Of a DNA stretch of 64,000 nucleotides, positions 46,889 to 57,207 are shown one piece after another. The DNA comes from an uncultured Acidobacteriota bacterium (GTDB taxonomy: Bacteria > Acidobacteriota > Thermoanaerobaculia > Multivoradales > UBA5704): positions 864,001-928,000 of the forward strand of contig OY969474.1 of NCBI GenBank assembly GCA_963700145.1, in the 5' to 3' direction. The position numbers and the translations under genes are program-made. The notes below the pieces were generated by a model. It was given only the letters and a program-made list of their open reading frames with translations, was not told the origin of the DNA and ran no database searches. Positions within the stretch are counted from its first letter, which is position 1; the number at the start of each line of letters is the position of its first letter.

Positions 46889-48451
46889 ATGAGCGTGAGG
46901 TGGAGCAAGGTTTCCCTGCTCCTTCCGGTCTGTGTCCTGGCGGCGACCGCCCTCCAGGCTGACGCCCCGCAGGCAACCCGCGCCAAGGTCGAAGCCGCAC
47001 TGTCGGGGCTCGACCAACTCGCGCGACAGGTCATCGAGCGGCAGGACGTTCCCGGAATGGCGATCGCGGTCATCTACCGCGACGAGGTCGTGTACCTCAA
47101 AGGGTTCGGCCGGCGCGAGGCCGGCAAGCCCGAGCTCGTCGACGCCGACACGGTGTTCCAGCTCGCTTCCATGTCCAAGCCGATCTCCTCGACGGTCGTC
47201 GCGGCGCTGGTCGGCGAAGAGGAAGAGAAGGTCGGCTGGGACACGCGGATCGCCGAGATCGATCCGGGGTTCAGGCTCCACGACGCCTATCCGACCGCCG
47301 AGGTGACGATCCGCGACCTCTTCGCGCATCGCAGCGGGCTCTGGGGAGACGTGGGCAACGACATCGAATGGCTCGGCTATTCACGGGACGAGATCCTCGG
47401 CCGGCTGAAGCTGCTAGAGCCCGGCGGGAGCTTTCGCGCCCGGTACTCCTACAGCAACTTCGGCCTGACCGAAGGGGGCGTGGCCGCGGCGAGGGCGGCG
47501 GGCGTGAGCTGGGAAGACCTGGCCGACGCCAAGCTCTTCCGGCCCCTCGGCATGCGCACGGCGAGCTTTCGTCACCGCGACTTCCTGGCTCGGGCCAACC
47601 GCGCCTCGCTCCACGTCCCCGTCGACGGCGCATGGAGCCCGAAGGTGAAGCGCAATCCGGATGCGCAGGCGCCGGGCGGCGGCGCGAGCGGCAGCGCTCG
47701 CGACCTGACGCAATGGGTGCGCCTGCAGCTTGCCGGCGGCAAGCTCGGAGGCACGCCCGTGATCGGCTCCGCCGCGCTCGCCGAGACGCATCTTCCCCAC
47801 ATCCTGCGCGGCAAGAACCCCTTCTCGGGAGAGGCCTCGTTCTACGGCCTCGGCTGGGGGATCGATTCGGGCCGGCGCGGAACCCACTGGAGCCACGCCG
47901 GCGCCTTCAGCGCCGGCGCCCGCACGGGCGTCGACCTCCTGCCCGCGGAGCAGCTCGGCATCGTCGTCCTGTGCAATGCCTTCCCGAGCGGCGTGCCGGA
48001 AGGGATCGCCGCCTCCTTCTACGACCTGGTGTTCGAAGGGAAGCCCTCGCAGGACTGGGTCGGGAAGTGGAACGAGCTGTTCAACAATGCCTACGGCGCC
48101 CCGGCGAACGAGGCCGCGGCCGCACCCTTCGCCAAGCCGCCGGCCTCGCCGTCACCGGCCCTGCCGCTCGCGGCGTACGTCGGGACCTACGAGAACGCCT
48201 ACGTCGGCCCGGCCGTCGTGTCGCAGCGCAGCGGCGCGCTCCACCTCACGCTCGGGCCGGGCGAGGGGATCACGTTCCCGTTGCAGCACTACGACCGCGA
48301 CCTGTTCCTCTTCTTCCCCGCTGAGGAAACTCCGAATCTCCCCTTCGGCGTCCGGTTCGCGATCGGGCCCGATCAGGTAGCGAGCGCGGTGACGATCGAC
48401 GCCTTCCACGAGAACGGCCAAGGCGTGCTCGTGAGGCGGGCGGCCGACTGA
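46889..48451 (+). CDS. Secreted serine hydrolase (beta-lactamase/PBP-like superfamily) with DUF3471-like C-terminal domain
   Basis: Signal peptide, FQLASMSK (SxxK), YSN, HAGA and C-terminal LAAYVGTYENAYVG. Confidence 0.9.
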   Translation: MSVRWSKVSLLLPVCVLAATALQADAPQATRAKVEAALSGLDQLARQVIERQDVPGMAIAVIYRDEVVYLKGFGRREAGKPELVDADTVFQLASMSKPISSTVVAALVGEEEEKVGWDTRIAEIDPGFRLHDAYPTAEVTIRDLFAHRSGLWGDVGNDIEWLGYSRDEILGRLKLLEPGGSFRARYSYSNFGLTEGGVAAARAAGVSWEDLADAKLFRPLGMRTASFRHRDFLARANRASLHVPVDGAWSPKVKRNPDAQAPGGGASGSARDLTQWVRLQLAGGKLGGTPVIGSAALAETHLPHILRGKNPFSGEASFYGLGWGIDSGRRGTHWSHAGAFSAGARTGVDLLPAEQLGIVVLCNAFPSGVPEGIAASFYDLVFEGKPSQDWVGKWNELFNNAYGAPANEAAAAPFAKPPASPSPALPLAAYVGTYENAYVGPAVVSQRSGALHLTLGPGEGITFPLQHYDRDLFLFFPAEETPNLPFGVRFAIGPDQVASAVTIDAFHENGQGVLVRRAAD

Positions 48452-49302
48452 ATCGAGCCCCAGTCGCAGGCCGCCAGAAGCTGGCGGAAGCGGCCGTCGA
48501 AGCCGTCGCGGCCGGTCTCGTGGACGAACCACGCGAGGCCGGTCAACCGCCCCGGCGTCGGTCTGCCGGAGACCTCCCAGGGGTGGACCACCGCCACCGG
48601 CAGCCCGCCCTTCGCGCCGTGCTCGCGCACCGCCTTGAGCAGCCGCTCGGGGTTGGCGAGCCGGCCGGTCCAGCTCCCCGCCGGCAGGCGGAAGACGCCA
48701 CCGTAGGTGAGCGGCGGGAACTCCAGGAGGCGCGCGCCGTTGCCCCAGGTGAGGAGCGAGGCGAAGCGCGGGTTGTCGTAGCTGCCGGAGAGGGGGTTGG
48801 GGGCGAGCGAGCTGTCGTAGAGGTAGCCAGCCGCCTCGACGAGCGGCAGGCGCTGGTTCGAGAGGCGGCGGAGCGACCACTCCGGGGCGCGGAAGCCCCA
48901 GATCGGCCCGCCGACCAGGTCTTCGAGGACTGAGCGCGAGCGCTCGAGGTCGCGGCGGAAGGCCGCCGGCGTGCGGTCGGCGGCGCGCAGGTGGAGGTAA
49001 CCGTGGCTCGCCACCTCGTGGCCGGCGGCGGCGATCTCGCGCACCCGCCCGGGCAGCCGCTCGGCCACCTCGCCCAAGACGAAGAAGGTGCCGCGCCGCC
49101 CGGCCTCGGCGAAGCGCAGCAGCAGCTCCGGCAGCAGGCGGTCCAGCTCCTCATTGAGCTCCGGCCGCCGCTCCGGCCGCACGTACCGCGGCGCCAGGCA
49201 GGTGTGGTACCACTCCTCGACATCCACCGTCATCGCGCAGCCGAAACGCCCGCGCATCGCCTGCACCCGCGGCTGCGGTCCCACCAGCGGCTCAAGCAGC
49301 AT
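48373..49302 (-). CDS. Polysaccharide deacetylase family protein (DUF3473-associated type)
   Basis: MTVDVEEWY, GTFFVLG, GHEVASHG, GFRAPEWS, YDSS and HPWE. Start uncertain. Confidence 0.88.
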   Translation of the reverse strand: MLLEPLVGPQPRVQAMRGRFGCAMTVDVEEWYHTCLAPRYVRPERRPELNEELDRLLPELLLRFAEAGRRGTFFVLGEVAERLPGRVREIAAAGHEVASHGYLHLRAADRTPAAFRRDLERSRSVLEDLVGGPIWGFRAPEWSLRRLSNQRLPLVEAAGYLYDSSLAPNPLSGSYDNPRFASLLTWGNGARLLEFPPLTYGGVFRLPAGSWTGRLANPERLLKAVREHGAKGGLPVAVVHPWEVSGRPTPGRLTGLAWFVHETGRDGFDGRFRQLLAACDWGSIQSAARLTSTPWPFSWKASIVTALAT

Positions 49303-49335
49303 TCGTCCCCCGTGCGTCTTGTCTCCCGGCACTGC

Positions 49336-49353
49336 TTGTGACAACCTTCACGA
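49336..49353. promoter_or_regulatory. Rex operator upstream of nuoA
   Basis: TTGTGACAACCTTCACGA versus consensus TTGTGAA-N4-TTCACAA (2 mismatches). rex closes the same operon. Confidence 0.78.
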
Positions 49354-49388
49354 GCCCGGAAGGCGCTGCGGGCGCAGGAGGAAAGCCT

Positions 49389-49793
49389 CTGCCGGAGCAG
49401 TACTTCCCCGTGCTCTTGGCCCTGGGGTTCGCGATCGTTCTCGGGGTCGGCATCCTCAGTGTCTCGTACCTGCTGGGCCCCCAAACCGGCGGCCGGGTCA
49501 AAGGCACGACCGTCGAGTCGGGCATGCCGCTGCTCGACCGCTCCCACAAGCGGATCTCGGTCGCCTTCTTCCTGATCGCGCTGGACTTTATCGTGTTCGA
49601 CCTCGAAGCGGCATTCCTCTACCCCTGGGCCCTGGTCCTGCGGGAAGGCGGGTGGCCGCTCTTCCAGGCGGTGATGGTCTTCGTCGCGCTGATCCTCGTC
49701 GGCTACGTCTATGTCTGGAAGAAGGGCGGGCTGGACATCCGACCGCGCGGCAGCAAGACGCGGACGGCGGGGGCGCTGGAGGCCGGGCAGTGA
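49389..49793 (+). CDS. nuoA: NADH-quinone oxidoreductase subunit A
   Basis: ESG..., FFLIALDFIVFDLE..FLYPWA and YVWKKG.L. Start is probably CTG 49389 (AGGAGG 7 nt upstream); the alternative is GTG 49338. Confidence 0.92.
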   Translation: MPEQYFPVLLALGFAIVLGVGILSVSYLLGPQTGGRVKGTTVESGMPLLDRSHKRISVAFFLIALDFIVFDLEAAFLYPWALVLREGGWPLFQAVMVFVALILVGYVYVWKKGGLDIRPRGSKTRTAGALEAGQ

Positions 49794-50289
49794 GCGAGCC
49801 GCAGGCCAAGCCGGCGCCGCCGCGCCTCTCCGACGCCGGCCGCGCCGAGCTCGACACCCTGCGCTCCCGCTACCCGACGACCGAGGCGGTGCTCATTCCC
49901 GCCCTCCACATCGCGCAGCGCGAGTGGGGCGGCTGGCTCCCCGACGAGGCGATCGAGGCGGTCGCCGCCGAGCTCGACCTGCCGCCGGCCAGGGTCTACG
50001 GCGTGGTCACGTTCTACGACCTCTTCCACCAGCACCCGGTGGGGCGCCACCGCATCCGCGTCTGCACCAACCTCTCCTGCCAGCTCCGCGGCGCCGACGA
50101 GATCGTCGAGCTGCTGCACCAGGAGCTCGGCGTCGGCGAGGACGAGGTCACCCCGGACGGCCGCTGCTCCTACGTCCACTTCGAGTGCCTCGGCTCCTGC
50201 GACACGGCGCCGATGATGATGGTCGACGACGACTACCACGAGAACCTGACGCCGCAGCGGGTGCGGCGGGTCTTGAAAGAGCTCAAGTG

Positions 50290-50290
<1 letters not shown>
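49790..50290 (+). CDS. nuoE: NADH-quinone oxidoreductase subunit E
   Basis: VTFY, CTNLSC...CLGSC 2Fe-2S ligands, and GTGA overlap with nuoA. Confidence 0.95.
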
Positions 50291-51600
<1,310 letters not shown>

Positions 51601-51621
51601 GCCGGGCGCTACGGAATCGCG

Positions 51622-53280
51622 ATGCCCAAAGTCACCATCAACGACCGCACGGTGGACGTGGAGCCGGGCACCAACCTCGTGCAGGCGGCGCTCAAGACCG
51701 GCATCCAGATCCCCCACTACTGCTACCACCCGCGGCTGTCGATCGTCGGCCAGTGCCGCATGTGCCTGGTCAAGGTCGAGGGGATGCCGAAGCTCCAGGC
51801 CGGCTGCTCGACGCTGGTCGTGAAGGACGGCATGGTCGTGCGCACCGACGTCCCCGAGGTGCGCGAGGCGCAGGCGGGGATGATGGAGTTCCTGCTCATC
51901 AACCACCCGCTCGACTGCCCGATCTGCGACCAGGCGGGCGAGTGCGGCCTGCAGGACTACGCCTTCAAGCACGGTGTCGCCTTCTCGCGCTTCCAGTTCG
52001 AGGACAAGCGGACCTACCCGGGGCGCGAGCGCATCCCGCTGGGCCCCAACGTCGTCCTCAACATGAACCGCTGCATCCAGTGCACGCGCTGCGTGCGCTT
52101 CACCGAGGAGGTGTCGCAGACCGGCTCCCTCGGCTTCTTCAACCGCGGCGCGCGCACCGAGATCGGCACCTTCCCGGGCAAGCCGCTGGACGACGACCTG
52201 GCCTCGAACGTCGTCGACATCTGCCCGGTCGGCGCGCTCACCTCGACCCGCTTCCGCTTCGCCGAGCGGGTCTTCTACCTCGACAGGAAGCCCTCGCTGT
52301 GCACCGGCTGCGAGGTGGGGTGCAACATCACGATCGAGCACCGGCGCGGCCAGATCAAGCGCTACAAGCCGCGCTTCAACCCCGACGTCAACGACTACTG
52401 GATGTGCGACTACGGGCGCGCCACCTTCGAGCGCTACCGGCAGCTGCCGCGCCTGGCGACACCGCGGGCGCCTTCTACACACAGCGGCAACGGTTCCCAA
52501 CCCACCGGCTGGCGCGAGGCGCTCGACGCCCTGGCGCGCGGCCTGCGGCAGCGCGGCCGCGAGGGGCCGGTGGCGTTCCTCGGCTCCGGCTTCCTGACCA
52601 ACGAGGAGGCCTATCTCTTCGCCGCCCTCGCCGACCTCCTGGGCACGCCGCACCGCTCGGTGCCGGTCGACCTCGGGCGGCCGCGCACGATCCCCAACCT
52701 GAAGGGCGGGATCACCGGCCGCGAGGTCGCGCCCAACCGGCGCGGCGCCGAGCTGGCGGGGCTGGCAACGGGCGACGGGGGCTTGGGCGCGAGCGACCTC
52801 CTCGACGGCGATGCCGCCGCGCGCTGCGCCGCGCTCGTCGTCTGCGACAGCGACTTCGGCGCCGCGGCGCACCGGCCGGAGGTCGTCGCGCGGCTGCGGC
52901 GCGCGCCCTTCCTCGCCGTCTTCGGCTGGGCCGACACGCCGCTGGCCAAGGCGGCGGACGTGGCGCTGCCGGTGGCGCACCACGCCGAGAAGGACGGGAC
53001 GTTCGTCAACGTCGAGTGGCGGGTGCAGCGCTTCGCGCGCGCCTTCCCGCCGCCGGCACAGGTGCGGACCGGCGTCGAGGCCCTCGCCGACCTGCTGTCG
53101 CGCTTCGACGCCCGCTGGGGCGGGCACGAAGCCGCCCGCGTCTTCGACCGCTTGGCGCGCGAGAACCCCGTCTTCGCCGCCCTCTCGTGGGACGACCTGC
53201 CGGCGACCGGCGCGCCGCTCAACGTGCCGGAGGCGGCGGCGCCGGCGGCGGTGGGGATCGCCGCGGAGGAGGACCTGTGA
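51622..53280 (+). CDS. nuoG: NADH-quinone oxidoreductase subunit G (short form, 552 aa)
   Basis: IPHYCYH...CRMCLV, NHPLDCPICDQAGEC, CIQCTRCVRF and EKDGTFVN. Confidence 0.95.
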   Translation: MPKVTINDRTVDVEPGTNLVQAALKTGIQIPHYCYHPRLSIVGQCRMCLVKVEGMPKLQAGCSTLVVKDGMVVRTDVPEVREAQAGMMEFLLINHPLDCPICDQAGECGLQDYAFKHGVAFSRFQFEDKRTYPGRERIPLGPNVVLNMNRCIQCTRCVRFTEEVSQTGSLGFFNRGARTEIGTFPGKPLDDDLASNVVDICPVGALTSTRFRFAERVFYLDRKPSLCTGCEVGCNITIEHRRGQIKRYKPRFNPDVNDYWMCDYGRATFERYRQLPRLATPRAPSTHSGNGSQPTGWREALDALARGLRQRGREGPVAFLGSGFLTNEEAYLFAALADLLGTPHRSVPVDLGRPRTIPNLKGGITGREVAPNRRGAELAGLATGDGGLGASDLLDGDAAARCAALVVCDSDFGAAAHRPEVVARLRRAPFLAVFGWADTPLAKAADVALPVAHHAEKDGTFVNVEWRVQRFARAFPPPAQVRTGVEALADLLSRFDARWGGHEAARVFDRLARENPVFAALSWDDLPATGAPLNVPEAAAPAAVGIAAEEDL

Positions 53281-54293
53281 GCGACGATCTCGCGATCACC
53301 GTCGCCAAGATGGCGGTGATGCTCGGGATCATGTTCAACGTCGCGCCGATCATGAACTGGGTCGAGCGGCGGGCGGCGGCGCTGATCCAGGACCGCCCGG
53401 GCCCCAACCGCGTCGGCCCGCTCGGCCTCTTCCAGCCGCTCGCCGACGCCGTCAAGTTCCTCTTCAAAGAGGACCTGACGCCCAACAACGTCGACAAGCC
53501 GCTCTACCTGATGGCGCCGGTCCTGGCGCTCCTCCCCGCCTTCTCGACCTACACGGTGATCCCCTTCGGCCCGGATCTGACGATCGACGGCCGCACCGTC
53601 CGGCTGGTGGTGGCCGACGTCGACGCCGGCGTCCTCCTCTTCCTCGCCCTCTCGAGCCTCGGCGTCTACTCGATGGTCATCGCCGGGTACGCCTCGAACA
53701 ACAAGTTTTCGCTCATCGCCGGCATCCGCGCCTCGGCGCAGATGGTGAGCTACGAGCTGGCGCTGACGGTCGCCGTGGTGGCGACGATCATGCCGGTCGG
53801 CTCGTTCCACCTCGGCGACGTCGTCGCCTACCAGCGCGAGCACGTGTGGATGGCCTTGACCCAGCCGATCGGCTTCCTGGTCTTCATCGTCTGCGCCTTC
53901 GCCGAGACCAACCGCCTCCCCTTCGACCTGGCGGAAGCGGAGTCGGAGCTCATCGCCGGCTTCCACACCGAGTACAGCGCCATGCGCTTCGCGGCCTTCT
54001 TCATGGCCGAGTACACCTCGATGGCGGCGCTCTCGGCGCTCGGCGTCACCCTCTACCTGGGCGGCTGGAGCCTGCCGGGGGTGGACCTCCAGGGGTGGCC
54101 GGGGGCGGCGCTCGGCGTCGCCGTCCTGGTCGGCAAGATCGCGCTCTGCATGATGGTCTTCGTCTGGGTGCGCTGGAGCGTGCCGCGCTTCCGCTACGAC
54201 CAGCTCATGCGGCTGGGGTGGAAGGTGCTGCTGCCGCTGGCGCTGCTCAACGCCGTCGCGGTGGCGGCGATGGTCCTGGCGGGGTGGCTCTAG
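53277..54293 (+). CDS. nuoH: NADH-quinone oxidoreductase subunit H
   Basis: QDRPGPNRVGP.GL.Q..ADAVK, AETNRLPFDL.EAESEL and PRFRYDQLM. Confidence 0.97.
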   Translation: MSDDLAITVAKMAVMLGIMFNVAPIMNWVERRAAALIQDRPGPNRVGPLGLFQPLADAVKFLFKEDLTPNNVDKPLYLMAPVLALLPAFSTYTVIPFGPDLTIDGRTVRLVVADVDAGVLLFLALSSLGVYSMVIAGYASNNKFSLIAGIRASAQMVSYELALTVAVVATIMPVGSFHLGDVVAYQREHVWMALTQPIGFLVFIVCAFAETNRLPFDLAEAESELIAGFHTEYSAMRFAAFFMAEYTSMAALSALGVTLYLGGWSLPGVDLQGWPGAALGVAVLVGKIALCMMVFVWVRWSVPRFRYDQLMRLGWKVLLPLALLNAVAVAAMVLAGWL

Positions 54294-54301
54294 GCGGCGC
54301 G

Positions 54302-54799
54302 ATGGAGACCGCGGTCTTCGCGCTCTTCGCCTTCCTGGCGCTCGGCTCGGCGCTGGTCGTCGTCGTCCACCGCAACCCGATCTACTCGCTGATGAGCCTG
54401 GTGCTGACGCTGTTCTCGGTGGCGGTGCTCTTCGTGCTGCTGGGGGCGCCGTTCATCGCCGCGCTCCAGGTGCTGATCTACGCCGGCGCCATCCTGGTGC
54501 TCTTCCTCTTCGTCGTCATGCTGCTCAACCTGCAGCGCGAGGAGAGCCCGGGCGGGCAGGCGGCGCAGCGCTGGGCGGCGGTGCTCGGCGCGGGCCTCTT
54601 CGGCGGCATGCTCGCCACCCTCTTCTGGCGCACCTACCGCGAGGTGGACGCGCCGCCGCTCTCCGAGCGCTTGGTCTCGCTCCACGCCCTGGCGCGCGCG
54701 CTGTTCGAAGAGATGCTGCTGCCGTTCGAGATCGTCGGGCTCCTGTTGCTGGTCGCGGTGGTGGCCGCGACGGTCCTGGCGCGGAGGGTGGAGCCGTGA
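54302..54799 (+). CDS. nuoJ: NADH-quinone oxidoreductase subunit J
   Basis: NPIYS, QVLIYAGAILVLFLFVVMLL and PFE. Confidence 0.95.
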   Translation: METAVFALFAFLALGSALVVVVHRNPIYSLMSLVLTLFSVAVLFVLLGAPFIAALQVLIYAGAILVLFLFVVMLLNLQREESPGGQAAQRWAAVLGAGLFGGMLATLFWRTYREVDAPPLSERLVSLHALARALFEEMLLPFEIVGLLLLVAVVAATVLARRVEP

Positions 54800-55104
54800 C
54801 CGCGGTCCCCATCTCCTGGTACCTGCTGCTGGCCGCCGTCCTCTTCGCCATCGGCACGGCCGGCGCGCTGACCCGGCGCAACGGCATCGCCATCTTCCTC
54901 TCGATCGAGCTGATGCTCAACGCCGCCAACCTGGCGCTCGTCTCCTACTCCCGCCTCTGGGACGACCACACCGGCCAGCTCGTCGTCTTCTTCGTCATGG
55001 CGGTGGCCGCCGCGGAGGCGGCGGTGGGGCTGGCGCTCTTCATCGCCATCTACCGCCAGCGGCGGACCATCGATCTCAACCGCATCAACCTGATGCGCTG
55101 GTAA
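54796..55104 (+). CDS. nuoK: NADH-quinone oxidoreductase subunit K
   Basis: SIELMLNA and VAAAEAAVGLAL. Confidence 0.96.
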   Translation: MTAVPISWYLLLAAVLFAIGTAGALTRRNGIAIFLSIELMLNAANLALVSYSRLWDDHTGQLVVFFVMAVAAAEAAVGLALFIAIYRQRRTIDLNRINLMRW

Positions 55105-57044
55105 TGAGCGCCATCGACCTCATCTGGCTGATTCCGCTGCTGCCCTTCGCCGGGGCGGCGGTGAACGGTCTCGCGGTGCGCGCGCCGAAATGGCTGGTCA
55201 CCGCCGTCGGGGTCGGCTTCCCGCTCGCCACGCTGGCGCTGTCGCTCGTCTGCCTGCTCGAGTACGCGATGCTCTGGCCGCGGGCGCTCGACCGGGTCCT
55301 CTATCAGTGGACCGCCGGCGAGCTGGCGATCGACGTCGCCTTCCTCCTCGACCCGCTCTCGGCGGTGATGCTCTTCGTCGTCACCTTCGTCGGCTTCTGG
55401 ATCCACCTCTACTCCGTCGGCTACATGGCGCACGAGCCGGGGTACCGGCGCTACTTCGCGTACCTCAACCTCTTCCTCGGCGCGATGCTCCTGCTCGTCC
55501 TGGGCAACAACTTCCTGGTCCTCTTCGTCGGCTGGGAGGGTGTCGGGCTCTGCTCGTACCTCCTGATCGGCTTCTACTACGACCAGAAGTTCCCGCCCTA
55601 CGCCGGCAAGAAGGCGTTCATCGTCAACCGCATCGGCGACTTCGCCTTCCTCGTCGGGCTCTTCGCGCTGTTCGCCGAGTTCGGCACCCTGGACTTCCGC
55701 CTCCTCTTCCCCCAGATCGCCGCGAGCGCGGCCGCCACGGCGCCCTACGCCCTCGGCCTGTCCTTCGCCGGCTTCGTCGCGCTCTGCCTCTTCGTCGGCG
55801 CGGTCGGCAAGAGCGCGCAGATCCCGCTCTACGTCTGGCTGCCCGACGCGATGGCCGGGCCGACGCCGGTCTCGGCGCTGATTCATGCCGCGACGATGGT
55901 CACCGCCGGCGTCTACGTCGTGGCGCGCAGCAACGTCCTCTACCAGCTCGCGCCGGAGGTGTCGCTAACCGTCGCCGTCATCGGCGCGGCGACGGCGCTC
56001 TTCGCCGCCACGATCGGCATGGCGCAGAACGACATCAAGAAGGTCCTCGCCTACTCGACCGTCTCGCAGCTCGGCTACATGTTCCTGGCGCTCGGCGTCG
56101 GGGCCTACACCGCGGCGATCTTCCACCTCGTGACCCACGCCTTCTTCAAGGCCCTCCTCTTCCTGGGCTCCGGGTCGGTGATCCACGCCATGGGCGGCGA
56201 GCAGGACATGCGGCGGATGGGCGGGTTGAAGAAGCACCTGCCCATCACCTACTGGACCTTCGTCATCGGCGCGCTGGCGATCGCCGGCGTCCCCGGCTTC
56301 GCCGGCTTCTTCTCGAAGGACGAGATCCTTCACGCCGCGGCGGCAGGAGGCCACTGGTGGCTCTGGGCGGTGGGTCTCCTGACCGCCGGGCTGACCGCCT
56401 TCTACATGTTCCGCGCCGTGCACCTGACCTTCCACGGGGAGTTCCGCGGCACCGAGGAGCAGAAGCACCACCTCCACGAGTCGCCCTGGGTGATGACCCT
56501 GCCGCTCGGCGTGCTGGCGGTGGGCGCCGTCGTCGCCGGCTACGTCGGCCTGCCGCCGCTCCTCACCGGCGGCCGCGACTTGAACTGGTTCCACCACGTC
56601 CTCCACCCCGTCGTGGCGGAGCTGCCGGGCGGCCATGCGGCGCACGAGCTGGGAACGCTCGCCGAGTGGGGGCTGGTGCTGATCGCGGTGGCGGCGGCGG
56701 CCGCCGGCATCGCCCTCGCCTGGCGCCTCTACGGCAGCGGCCGCGGCCCCGACGGCGACCGCGCGCTGGCGCAGCGCGCGCCGCGCCTCCACGGCCTGCT
56801 CGAGAACAAGTACTACGTGGACGAGGTCTACGACCGGCTGATCGTGCGGCCGCTGCACTTCCTGGCCAAGGTCTTCTGGAAGGGTGTGGACGCGCTGCTC
56901 ATCGACGGCACGATCAACCTGGGCGCCGCGCTCACCGAGCTGACCGGCGACGTCGCCCGCTTCTCCACCACCGGCAACGTCCGCAACTACGCCCTCTACT
57001 TCTTCCTCGGCGTCCTGGCGCTCTTCTGGTGGGTGCTGCTCTAG
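55104..57044 (+). CDS. nuoL: NADH-quinone oxidoreductase subunit L
   Basis: GWEGVGLCSYLLIGF, GKSAQIPL..WLPDAMAGPTPVSALIHAATMV and HAFFKALLFL. Confidence 0.97.
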   Translation: MSAIDLIWLIPLLPFAGAAVNGLAVRAPKWLVTAVGVGFPLATLALSLVCLLEYAMLWPRALDRVLYQWTAGELAIDVAFLLDPLSAVMLFVVTFVGFWIHLYSVGYMAHEPGYRRYFAYLNLFLGAMLLLVLGNNFLVLFVGWEGVGLCSYLLIGFYYDQKFPPYAGKKAFIVNRIGDFAFLVGLFALFAEFGTLDFRLLFPQIAASAAATAPYALGLSFAGFVALCLFVGAVGKSAQIPLYVWLPDAMAGPTPVSALIHAATMVTAGVYVVARSNVLYQLAPEVSLTVAVIGAATALFAATIGMAQNDIKKVLAYSTVSQLGYMFLALGVGAYTAAIFHLVTHAFFKALLFLGSGSVIHAMGGEQDMRRMGGLKKHLPITYWTFVIGALAIAGVPGFAGFFSKDEILHAAAAGGHWWLWAVGLLTAGLTAFYMFRAVHLTFHGEFRGTEEQKHHLHESPWVMTLPLGVLAVGAVVAGYVGLPPLLTGGRDLNWFHHVLHPVVAELPGGHAAHELGTLAEWGLVLIAVAAAAAGIALAWRLYGSGRGPDGDRALAQRAPRLHGLLENKYYVDEVYDRLIVRPLHFLAKVFWKGVDALLIDGTINLGAALTELTGDVARFSTTGNVRNYALYFFLGVLALFWWVLL

Positions 57045-57073
57045 TGAAGCGGCATGCGCAAATCGGCACCCCT

Positions 57074-57190
57074 TGTCATCCCGAGCGTGAGCGAGGGATC
57101 TGGGCGGGGGGCGGTGCGACAGACGCCACGAGCCCGAGAGGTCTTCACGCCACCCTTCCCCCAGATCCCTCGCTCACGCTCGGGATGACA
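57074..57190. repeat. REP/MITE-like palindromic element
   Basis: Perfect 31-bp inverted repeat TGTCATCCCGAGCGTGAGCGAGGGATCTGGG (57074-57104 / 57160-57190) around a 55-bp spacer. Confidence 0.85.
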
Positions 57191-57207
57191 GGACGAGAGT
57201 GGTAGCC

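Noticed and set aside
46889-48451. Antibiotic-resistance beta-lactamase
   Set aside because: SxxK/YxN plus a DUF3471-like tail is typical of the broad serine hydrolase/peptidase family. Nothing indicates true beta-lactamase activity.
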